Assembly (NCBI GenBank): GCA_016748015.1
Contig: JAAOMT010000436.1
Location: forward strand, 1,634,828-1,698,827
Reading direction: 5' to 3'
Length of the DNA: 64,000 nucleotides
Source of the DNA: Geosiphon pyriformis uo1
Taxonomy: Eukaryota > Fungi > Glomeromycota
Shown here: one piece after another, positions 28,045 to 38,731 of the stretch
How the letters are laid out: each line of letters starts with the position of its first letter
Numbering within the stretch: the first letter of the stretch is position 1
The notes under the pieces: generated by a model
The model's database searches: none
What the model was told of the DNA's origin: nothing
What the model saw: the letters and a program-made list of their open reading frames with translations, nothing else
Translations under genes and position numbers: made by a program

Positions 28045-30032
28045 ACATTCCTATTTCAAAAAATTAATTATGAGCTTTTTTTTGGATTATCGGATTACCG
28101 AGAAAATTTTATTACAGCTGATCAACAATCTATCAACAGAAAATCATCCATCTTCAGTTTAAAAGAGTGTAGGAATGTCAAGGCTGAATATGATTCGAGA
28201 GTGCCAGGATCATACGTGTGTTTCAAATTAATGAATTAATAGGTCTTCTTTTTAGCATTAAAAATTTCAAAATTAATATTCTTGAATATATTTAAACAAA
28301 GAAAGAAAGAAATACATCAGATTTTGTTTCCTAAAAGTTTGTAGAGAATACACACATTTGGTTATTGTATATGCCATCTCAGTTACATTCCATTTCTCCC
28401 ATTATCTTCATTTTTTATAATTGAATTTTCTTTTAAATTGAAATGTACTTAAACTCCATCTTCAAAGCGGATCTAAATTTAAAATGGCAACTTTCATTCG
28501 TTCAAAAATTAGATACAAATAAAGATTTTCCAAGTTGATGAATCTCACTAAATACGAATCAAGCTATAAGACGTTCAAATCTGAGTTTAAAGTGGTATTC
28601 GACTTTGACAATTTTCCTGGGGAAATGCTCATCGCTTCAAGTTTTGGAGTTGAAAATTTGCAATCGCGAACAAACTGAAGTGTATCAGCTCTTTGAAAAT
28701 ACTTTAATATCAGAATAATATTTGAATATTTCGATTCATTTTATTATAACAATCTAACTTTAATATTTTTTTAACAAAAACTTTAAAAAATAGGGTATGC
28801 GATTCGAGTAATGGGATTAATTCTTAAGCCCAATTTAACTTATCAACATGTAATATTTTTGAGATTCTTAAAACAATTAAAGTTGTTTGTCAAGAGAAAA
28901 ATTTCTTTTGAAAATTTAAAATATATCAATTTAGTGACTTTTATAATAGATTCAGTGTTAATATAATTTTACAATCCTTTTTTTGTGAGAACCAATTGAC
29001 AATTTGTATCAACGGTATTTAAAATAGCATAAAAAAAATTTAACCAACTAAAAAGATTATCATAGTTAATTCCAATAAAACTCCTCCTTTATTATTTAAT
29101 ATTCACTTTTTATTACAATTAGAAGATGATTTATAATATATAAAAGTTTTTTTTAAAAAAAACTATGGAAATAAAAATCTAAATAATTTTACACAATTAA
29201 AAAATTTTATATTGACTGTTTAATTAATTACAAAACATTTAGAAACACATAATTCAAAATATTTCTGTAATATATTATTTTTAATTTTAATATCAAACAA
29301 ACAAAGTTAAACAATTTTTTATATTACAAGATTTTGTGAGAATTTTGAAAATTTGATCAATCTATGCCATTTATTCAGATAGTTCAGAAGAAAATGAAAA
29401 TTTTTAAAATGTTTAGATGGAAGTTACTTCAACAGTGTAAATTTTCAATTATTCTTTCATTAAATCAAAATTTCTCGACTTAATTGATAATAAAAGCCTT
29501 TTCGGAATATAAATTTACTTCATTTTAGAAATAACTTTTTAATTTTGGCCTTGAAAAAAGCTGTATCATTCAATTTGCCGAGTGGACAAAAATAAAAATT
29601 GAACGAGACCTGCTAGTCATAAGTTTTCCCGACTTTTTTAGAGTTTGTTCATAAAATATTTCACTTCTAAAGTTTGAATTGTTGCCAAAAAACTATGTAT
29701 AATGCCTATTTATATTCCTTGTTGTACCATTTTATTTCACATATTTATTCACATGACAGATATCAGTTTGTAATTTCACATGCTTTAAGTCAAATATCTG
29801 AATTTCAATATATAATTTCTTTATTTTGTTGGAGAGATGACAGATATATTCAAAAATTATTATTAAAAATGAGGGCCTTGGTCTGATTTAATGGAAGAAT
29901 TCTCTCTCAATGGTCAAATAGAAACCCAGAAATTAGTTTAGCTACTATTGAAAGAAAGATGTGAATCATTAAAAATATCAAAGTAATGTTAAAAAAACTG
30001 CTTCAATATGGCAATTCCAGCTATTCAAAATT

Positions 30033-30300
30033 TTACTTGTGCTTATTTTGCTTGAAACGGTACCAAGTACCTTTAGTGGGGCATGTTGGTTTTGGCCTCC
30101 AGACGATGCTGATACGATCTTTGTTCAAGTTGAGCTAATTTTGGAAAAACTTCTTCTGGTTAAATGAATGTTTAGACAACCACCACCACCACATATATTA
30201 ATGCAAGATTTGAAATTATTCTTAATTTCAATGCATTTATAGCACATTTCTAATCTGTCCATTGCCATTGCAGCAATCACCGTTATCGGTTAAGGTGGTA
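30033..30300 (-). pseudogene. Degenerate RlpA-like double-psi beta-barrel (expansin-like) protein
   Basis: Minus strand reads IAAMAMDRLEMCYKCIEIKNN...PEEVFPKLAQLEQ/DRISIVWRPKPTCPTKGTW with stops and frameshifts, resembling the DPBB pattern (CxxCxxI...F..LA...G.i.i.W). A Ser/Thr-rich decayed segment upstream (to ~30890) may be its N-terminus. Confidence 0.45.
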
Positions 30301-33300
30301 TTGAAACTAAAATTTTAGACTTATTTCGTCCAAAAAACGATGAGAATGAGAAAATTTTAGAGAAACTCATTTTGTAAGAATAGTTTCTTTTATTTATTTT
30401 CAACTCAGGAGAAGGTATTTAAAAATTTTTCTAGCTAAAAGTTTTGAAATGTATGAAAAGAAGATAAATTTCGAATTTTTCTCGAAAATGTATGTCAAAA
30501 AAAGGTTCTAAATTTTTTCGAATATGGGAAATGAAAAAGGTTACTGGTTGAAGTATTTGGATAAAATCATTCAAAGAAATTCACTCATTAAATACTATGA
30601 ATTCTAAAAAATCGGGGAAATAGCTCAACTATTTTTATTGCTTTCCCATTGCTATTCCTCAATATTTGTTGTTGTTTTTGTTGTTATGGAAGAAGGAAAA
30701 ACTGTAAATTCTTACCCTCTGAGTGCACAACAATTTTTAAGGATACCAATTGAAGCCATATTATTTGATGGAGAAATTTTCAAAGCTGTTGATGGTGTAG
30801 AAGATCCAGAAAAAGTTGAAGAAATTGAAAATGTTGTTCCAAGTATAACAAAATATTGTACAATTGTTCATTTAAATACTTTACTTACATAATTAAATAG
30901 AAAAATTGTATAATTTTAAGATTAAATGAGTTGCAAAAAGAAAGAAATAAATAAATAAATTTCAAATATTTAACTTTTCTCTTTTATAAGTTGGTTTTGG
31001 ATGAAAATAATTCATATATAAATCAAAGCACAAGATGAAACTTCGGATTAACATGTCCTATTAATCACTTAATTTGCGCCATAATATATTAATTTTAATT
31101 GTGTGTTTACCCACGCCACGGTGAATATTGCTTCTAGGGCTGAGAAAACATTTTGACTGTAACACTTTTTGAATTTTATTCTTTGGTTTAGTAAAACAAA
31201 TCTTTATAATAAATTTATTAATTCATATGAATTTCACAAAGAACATCATTTTGCAACAAACTGGTTACAATGGTACACCCAATTGTTGTTATTCACACAA
31301 TTAAAAAGAATTGGGTGATCCATCAATAAGAAGCGAAAAACTTTTTTTTTAGCATTATTAGGATATATAAGTCTCAGTATTTCACTTTCAACAACGTATA
31401 TGTACTGTAATAATACTTTCTTATTTAGAAATTTATTTTTAATAAAAGAAACGTTACATAACACTGAAAAATATCCAAAAGCTCCTGGTAAACCCGAGAT
31501 ATTCTCTTACATTCATCAATTATCCAACTTAAACTAATTAATTTCTAATTAAATACTAGGTACTTTGGTATCAGCCCAATCCCGTAATTATACTTTATCA
31601 ATATTTTTAACATGTAATACAGAAAGCATCTTAAAAACTTCTCAAGACTAAGGGGGCTATCTATACATCAAGAATTTTTTGTGCTTAGAAATCAAAATCA
31701 AGTTATGTCGATCTATGTTATTTATGGAGTTGTGAATATTATATTAATCAATTTAGTGTTGTAGGAATAATAATAATTCTCCTCAATTTGGTATAGATAT
31801 TTCAAAATCTTTGGTAGTTGATTATTTACTTTGCTTCCCAACCCCCCTCTTTCCCCTAAATTTAGGAAAAAACTTGGGGAAGTAAATGTTTGAGGTATAT
31901 AAATATGGAAAAATATTTTGATGATTCCTGTTTCATCTGATTCTAGAAAGTCGATCACATATAGTAAGATTATTATTGCTGTCTAATACCCTTTTTGTAA
32001 AAATATTTCATTTATTAATTAAAAATACTTTTAATGAAAATTGTAGTCTTTTAAAATGATCAGTTTAAAAATTAATTCAGTCAAATATTCAATTTAGCAA
32101 TTTAATAAACTATTTTTCCAACCAAATCTGTTATTATTATTATTATTATTATTATTATCATTATTATTATTAAGCATATATTGGTTGTTCTTAATTTTAA
32201 TAATTTATTTTGGCTGTGGTATTTTTCAAAATTTATAACATAATTTGGTCTTTTAAATATTGATTAAATTAAATTTTTAAATTAAACTAAATGATAATAG
32301 ATGTATTCAAAATACAATTAAGTATTTATATTTTAACATATATATTTTAAAAATAATATTTTAATAAATTAAAATTAAAATTTATAGAATGTTATACCTA
32401 AAAAATATTATTAAAAATATTTTGTCATTTTTCTAATTACTAATTATAACAAAAATTATTTTTTAATTAACTTTAAAAAATTTATTATTATTAAAAAATT
32501 TAATTCTCAAGTTAAATTTATTGTTTCACATAATTTAGGAAGTTAATTCCTAGAACTATAAATTTTTTTTTGGTTCATCTGTACGAGCAAATAATTGGGC
32601 TCAGCATTATCCAACAGCAGAATGTAACGTGCCCAAAGGCCACAAAGTTTTATTGTCTATTCCAAATGTGGCGTCAAAGAATATCGAAGTTAAGAATCTC
32701 ACGATGATCTTGATGCAAGGCGATAAATTGAGTAACTTTTAAGTAGAAAATCCACACTTCTAATCACACGTGGCGTGTCCATATGTTATAACTTGATCTC
32801 GAAAAATCCTTTTGGCCACTAATGATTTAGTATCTGGAAAGCATTGTTAGCCGTGTAAAACACAAATTATTTGATCTTTTCAAATTACATTTTTACAAAA
32901 CCATACGTTTCCGGGAGTCAATGTCAACATTAAGCCTCAAGTCATTGATTATCATCCGTTCATCATCGATACATTGCTGCCCGCTGCTGTTAGTCTAGTG
33001 TAGCCTTTCGCTCTTTTGGCAGCAATGATAATACTTGGTGACGCACAAGGTGATGCAGATGGCAGCCCTGATTGACCAGTTTATCCTGGTATATACAAAA
33101 TATTTCGTAGGGAACTCTGATAATAATAATAATAATAATAATAATTATAATAATAAGGTTTGTCATTCTACTTCAACACTTTTCGACTTTTTCAAACTTT
33201 GTATTTTCCTTTCACAACAAGAAAGAAAAGAATAAAAATCTTTTAAACCGTCACACTTTTAATCTTGAACTTTAACGGTTCGTTCCACTTTCCGCTAATA

Positions 33301-33410
33301 CTTGATTTTTGTGGCGATCCAAAAAATTCTCTCCCCGAACAACAATATTTAAAACCGTCAAACTGTCCAACCATCTCTCGCCTCATCAGGGTTCCATAAA
33401 AGAAACCACC

Positions 33411-36400
33411 ATGGGGCAAGCTCAGGATCGAATGGTGGAAGGTGAACAAACAAGTTCATCTGACCTCAATCCAGGGCCGAATACTGTCACACCGGCAAGC
33501 TCCAAAGAAAAGGTTTCGTCAAAGCACATGAATGGTGACATCAACACCAGACCAACAATGCAACAAGAGGATACAATATTTATTAAACAAGACGATGATA
33601 AATCTCCGTTTACCGAAGAAGAACTGGGAGAGGCCTTAGAAAAAGGAAAGTCTCTGACTTTAGAAGCCACCAGACTTCTATCGGATATGAAGAATGCTGG
33701 TAGCGATTTTTCCGTTAGCAGTTCAAAAATAATTTTTTCGCAAAATCTAATTGCAGGCTTAACAATTCGAGAAAGTTCTTTTAATGATATTAAAAGCACA
33801 GCCTCTATTGTGCAAGCAACAACCATCAAGAATAGCAATGCAAAAGATCAACAAAAAGGACTTTTGAAAAAATCTGATGATGTAAGCTCACAAAGTTGGA
33901 GCAGTGATATTACTGCTTCAAACCCAATTCAATATAGCAGTGAAATGCTGAATTCGACGAATAAGACCTTGTCTGATGAAAAGATAAACCATCATCATCA
34001 TCATCATCATCATCAAAGTATCAACAATTCGGCAAAAGCATCTCTGGATGATGCTACACCTTACACAATACCACCTGCAATCGCTGAGAATGTATTACGT
34101 GAGATGTTGGCCAATAAGCCAGATCCTGTCGTATTGGAACAACTGAAACCAACAACATCACCTCAATCTGAGAAAGGTGAAAATTTATCAAGCAAAAGTA
34201 AATTAAAGGGTAATCTGGCAATTCATAAAAAGAATGGTGAGTCATCTGAAGAGAATAAAAATCATAATAGCAAAAAGAACAATCTTATAATCTCCTCTGG
34301 TACAACAGACACCCCTTTCCCTTCTAAATTTACTTTTCCAAATATTGCCGACAAGAATTTTTTTGACCCGAATTTTACTACCATTATTCCAACTCCATCC
34401 ATCTCTACATCTACTTCATCCTCACCATCATCATCCACTTCACCATCCTCATCCACCTCACCATCATTGATACCTTTTGCTTTTCGTGACACTACGGAGC
34501 CAACTTCTTTATCCAATATCAACAACTTTCAACAATCCACCTTTGCAAAATCGCCAGCATCTCCGCAAAAAGCTCCTTCCTCTCAAGAACAACAGCAACG
34601 TCGTATTCCTTCTGGTCCATTAAATCCACCTATTCTGGATAAATTTTCCCCGGAATTATCATCCAAGCAGACCGGAGTAACGCCTTTGCCAGTATCATCT
34701 TTTTGGGGAACATCATCAATTAAAACAAGGTCGCCAATTGATACCCAATTTTCCTCGGGAGTATTATTTCCCCAATTTAGCGGATCTTTTAAGTTTGACC
34801 TTAATGCGAAGAAAGGCACCACCACTACCATCACCACCACCAACACCACCGCCAATAATAACTCTCAATCGCATTCTATCACCGTTGCGAAGCAATTAAA
34901 TTCAACACCAAAAATCCCAGGAAATTCTGACACATCATCCTTAACTTCACCCATAGGATCTAATTCTAGCCCCAAAGCAATTTTGACGAATTCTAATATT
35001 GTCAGTCCTCTTTTAACATCCCCAAATGCTCCAGAAAAAAGTAGCACTATTAGCAGTCCTTCCAATAACAGTTTGCCACCTTTCGGCAGTTCATCACCAT
35101 CAGGGGTCAAAAAGTTGCATATTAAGTTTGGTGAATTTAATTTATCGTCGGTACAGGTAACAAAAAATGATGAAGAACTAGCAAAAGGCTTACTAGACCT
35201 TGGTAATACCCTTCCTGAGACATCATCTGCTGATTTGGAAGGCTTACCCACTCCTAAAGGGTTTCCAAATGGAAGCTCTAATAATTTCCCTTTTTATCGT
35301 CCTATACGCCCTTTGCCTGCTAGAGCAAAATCGCGCCAATCAGCTAATGCAGGTAATAAGGAAGGTAATAAAGAGAATATAAAAAAGAATATACTTTTCA
35401 ATCAAAAAAATGACAATGACACAGCAGTGGCCAGTACATCTGCCCAAGCTTCTTTGCCGGTTATTCCTCCATCACCATTATTTTCTTTCACTACCCCAGT
35501 TCATTCTGATGGTGCTGACGATGATTTCGATGCTGATGAAGAGGATGGCAATAACGATAATGGTCATAGTGATTGGTTGGACAATGCCAATAACAAGAAG
35601 AAGAGAAAAGCTTTACAAACAGTTGGGGGAAATTCTATTGTTAATGGAGGTGGAGGGGGAGTTATTAAAAGCTCTGCCTCAAAAGAACGAGCAAGCCCTC
35701 TTCGAAGAGTTGATCGTCGTTCTTCACAACGAAGTGTGTCAAACAAGAGCTCTTCATATATTGCTTCACCCGATGGCTCGACTGATAAAAAGAATCCTAG
35801 TAATATTGAATCGAATAGTGTTAAAGTTCCACCTGATCAGAGCAAGTTTGACTTCTCCTTTGCAGCGGCAGCAGCAGCTACTGTGAATGCAGCTAGTGCA
35901 AAAAGATTAGCGGCTGTTTCCCCGTTACAGCCAATGAATACAAAGAATGATCCGTTCGCAGCTACCATGTTCCTTAACAATGCTCCTGCTTCTAATATAG
36001 CAACACAAACAGCAATTAAAAAGAAAGGATCTACAAAAAGAGCAGCCCCTTCTTCTGCACTATTCAAAACAGAGGGTCTAGGAAGTAATATTTATGCGCA
36101 TCCACATAATGCCTCCAATGCCAAAGCACATGGGAGCGCAATTGCACCCACAGTAGCTCCCAAAAGACCTCCAAATGCTGCTCGTAAAAAGAATAAAAAG
36201 AAAATATCTATGACAAATAATCAAATGATTCAACAACAGCACCATGATGATACTTCATCCACTGGATCATTTGAAGTACCACCCTCAGTGAATGCAACTA
36301 ATCCCACAGGGCGACGTAAAGTTCGCTTTAACGAGAAAAATGGTGACTGGATTTGTCTTTTTTGTGAATACAAATTATACTATGGTGATGGGCGTCGTAC

Positions 36401-36518
36401 TAGGCGAAGGCCCAAAGCTATTGCGAATATTAATGGTGGAGATGCTCCCAATGATAATAATAATCATCATTCTGGTGGCCAAGGAAAAAGTGGAATCGAT
36501 AAAGCTCTTACAAGCTAG
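33411..36518 (+). CDS. Large intronless low-complexity (Ser/Asn/Pro/His-rich) protein with C-terminal WICLFCEY motif; probably nuclear
   Basis: Uninterrupted ORF, first ATG at 33411 (~1035 aa), higher GC than flanks. Basic NLS-like clusters (KKKRK, RKKNKKK, RRTRRRPK) and a CxxC motif GDWICLFCEYKLYYG. Confidence 0.85.
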   Translation: MGQAQDRMVEGEQTSSSDLNPGPNTVTPASSKEKVSSKHMNGDINTRPTMQQEDTIFIKQDDDKSPFTEEELGEALEKGKSLTLEATRLLSDMKNAGSDFSVSSSKIIFSQNLIAGLTIRESSFNDIKSTASIVQATTIKNSNAKDQQKGLLKKSDDVSSQSWSSDITASNPIQYSSEMLNSTNKTLSDEKINHHHHHHHHQSINNSAKASLDDATPYTIPPAIAENVLREMLANKPDPVVLEQLKPTTSPQSEKGENLSSKSKLKGNLAIHKKNGESSEENKNHNSKKNNLIISSGTTDTPFPSKFTFPNIADKNFFDPNFTTIIPTPSISTSTSSSPSSSTSPSSSTSPSLIPFAFRDTTEPTSLSNINNFQQSTFAKSPASPQKAPSSQEQQQRRIPSGPLNPPILDKFSPELSSKQTGVTPLPVSSFWGTSSIKTRSPIDTQFSSGVLFPQFSGSFKFDLNAKKGTTTTITTTNTTANNNSQSHSITVAKQLNSTPKIPGNSDTSSLTSPIGSNSSPKAILTNSNIVSPLLTSPNAPEKSSTISSPSNNSLPPFGSSSPSGVKKLHIKFGEFNLSSVQVTKNDEELAKGLLDLGNTLPETSSADLEGLPTPKGFPNGSSNNFPFYRPIRPLPARAKSRQSANAGNKEGNKENIKKNILFNQKNDNDTAVASTSAQASLPVIPPSPLFSFTTPVHSDGADDDFDADEEDGNNDNGHSDWLDNANNKKKRKALQTVGGNSIVNGGGGGVIKSSASKERASPLRRVDRRSSQRSVSNKSSSYIASPDGSTDKKNPSNIESNSVKVPPDQSKFDFSFAAAAAATVNAASAKRLAAVSPLQPMNTKNDPFAATMFLNNAPASNIATQTAIKKKGSTKRAAPSSALFKTEGLGSNIYAHPHNASNAKAHGSAIAPTVAPKRPPNAARKKNKKKISMTNNQMIQQQHHDDTSSTGSFEVPPSVNATNPTGRRKVRFNEKNGDWICLFCEYKLYYGDGRRTRRRPKAIANINGGDAPNDNNNHHSGGQGKSGIDKALTS

Positions 36519-38209
36519 GTAATTGTAAAATGTGTCGATAATTTTGAACTTGCACTCTAAAAAATTTAACAAGTGGCTTGCTACCGCTTTTTTGCATTTT
36601 TTTTTTTAGGGAAAAGAAGACTTGAAAGGCACTTGTAATTATATAGTAGGTATTTGAGTCTTAAATTTTGATATTTTATCTTAACTTTTTGAAACAAAAT
36701 TTTTAAAATTTCTTTTCATTTTGGTTAGATCTTTTTCTAAAACTACATTTTAACGATCCCTTTACATCTCTCTATTTGTAGATTAGATTTACGGTGCGCG
36801 CGTACAAGTATTCGCTTACTCGTACGTACCACTATCAGAGATCTGCTACTTCTGTATTATAATGTGGAAAGTGGAGATAATACAGCAGGGTCTCCATGTA
36901 CCATCTATATTTGTACTATGAGTTTTTCTTTCAATCAATCAATCACACCAATGACTATCAAAATTTCTCTCTCCGAGGTAACCATTTTCATTTCAGTATT
37001 TACTTTAGCTTGAAACGCCCCAACTGACATGCACACACAAAACAAGACTTGTTCTACTATCGTCAAACATAGTAGGTAATGTTTCTTTTATGTTTTCTAT
37101 CTTTCTTTGGTTTGTCTCTCGATCTTCTTTGTATCCTTTTAAGGAAAACAGCTATGGCGTTCACAAAAAAAACTAAAGATCAATAAAGTTCGATATTCGT
37201 TTTAAAAATTGGTTCCTTGAAGATTGTTATTTGGATGGCCAGATTTTTGAATGGAAAGTAATAAGAAATCACGAGTTTTTCTTATTTACAAATATATTTA
37301 CTTGTTGCAATAAAAATGGTGATCTTTCACATTTTATGTCTTGTTACTTCCAAGCCTCCCTTGCCATTGCTTAGCCTATTTGCACTCACTAGTCATACAA
37401 AAAATCTAATCAACTTGATTGTCAATCTAAATTAAGCATTTTAAAGTGTTCTATATGTACGAAATATATGATGAGCACAGCTAATGATTTCGTCAGAATA
37501 TCGGCTCTGGTGTCTACTGGAACGACCAAGCCACAGCGCTGTCTCAGTACCGAGTGCGATTTACTCTGCATTTGACCTCGAATATGTTCCTGCAAAACTC
37601 GTGGTTCTCTTCGACGATGTAACCTCTGACGGGCACAAGTCTTCATCTACGACAAACGCCAAAAGACGGAAGGCATCCTTAACCGCACGTTACTAGTCAA
37701 GATGTACCACAACTATTGAAGCGATGGATGGGCTTACCAAGATTTGCATTTAATACTATGGTGTCACAGAAAAAGGATGGTTAAAACCTATGAAGTTTCA
37801 ACAAACGTCTTCTTTTTGATGTTTCGGCTGTCTGTGGTGAAAGAACATTTTGCAGAGCCGTCGTCCATTTTGGCGTGCTCTTAAGAGGTTGTTTAGGCTC
37901 AGCTCCTGCAAACATTACAGCTGAAGCGATTGATCAAGAATTGTTTGCGCTAAAGGAAGTTATTAAACGTGATGCACAGTGACAACAAGGTACATCAACA
38001 CATCATCTTCCTTTTCAATTTCGTAAGGCACTGCATCACACCATACATTTCGTACTCTGAATTTTGCCCAATTACCTTGGAATCGCTTCTATGTTTCTTA
38101 ACTTCTCACTCCAGCAACACAAGGTAAAGCTAATAAATTTTAATTCTTTATTTTTAAGAATAAACATGTATTATGGCCTCTCCCCTTTGAAAAAAAATAC
38201 AAAAAACAA

Positions 38210-38731
38210 ATGACCCAATCCACATCTCACTTACTCTCGCAAAGCTAGTATGTTCGCCTCTGCAAATTTATGGAAAACCTTTACTCAAAAAAAGATTAAG
38301 CCAGAAGATTAGAAAAGGCAATTGGGTGCATACATCAAAAGATCCTATGCTTGCAAACAGAAATACACAGAAAGGCTGTCGTATTTTTCACTCCCGAATT
38401 TGATGCTATTGTGATTCCTCCCTTTGAGGTATCGGGAATGGTGAATCGAAAAATGGGACGAAAAACAGTTAGAGAGATGGGCGCACTACCGATTTCGTCA
38501 AAGTCTGATCATCAAGGCACAAGAATCGGGATCCGAGTATCATGAGGCCCTTACCTCTAAAACTTGTAGCCGGTTTGGAAATATCTCAAGAAACGGAGGA
38601 TTTGGGGATAGAGATGAAAATGGAGTTCGGGAGATCTTCCTCCAGGCATTGCTTGATGGAGCCTTGGTTTTCCAGTGACCATGCAAGAATAATAGACGTT
38701 ACTTGCTTAGTATACCTATTGTTGAATATGT
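38210..38731 (+). mobile_element. Degenerate Fanzor/TnpB (IS607-like) RuvC nuclease relic with 3' structured end
   Basis: Across frames: VRLCKFMENLYSK / KAIGCIHQKILCLQTEIHRKAVVFFTPEFDAIVIPPFEVSGMV / WAHYRFRQSLIIKAQE..EALTSKTCSRFG..DRDENGVREIFLQALLDGALVFQ* (38478-38678). Hairpin at 38688-38723. Confidence 0.85.

Noticed and set aside
27873-28239. ORFs with MYVC repeats
   Set aside because: Translation of the (ATGT)n(TTGT)n microsatellite.
33422-36572. Many antisense and alternate-frame ORFs inside the large gene
   Set aside because: Shadow ORFs of a GC-richer coding sequence, with no independent motifs.
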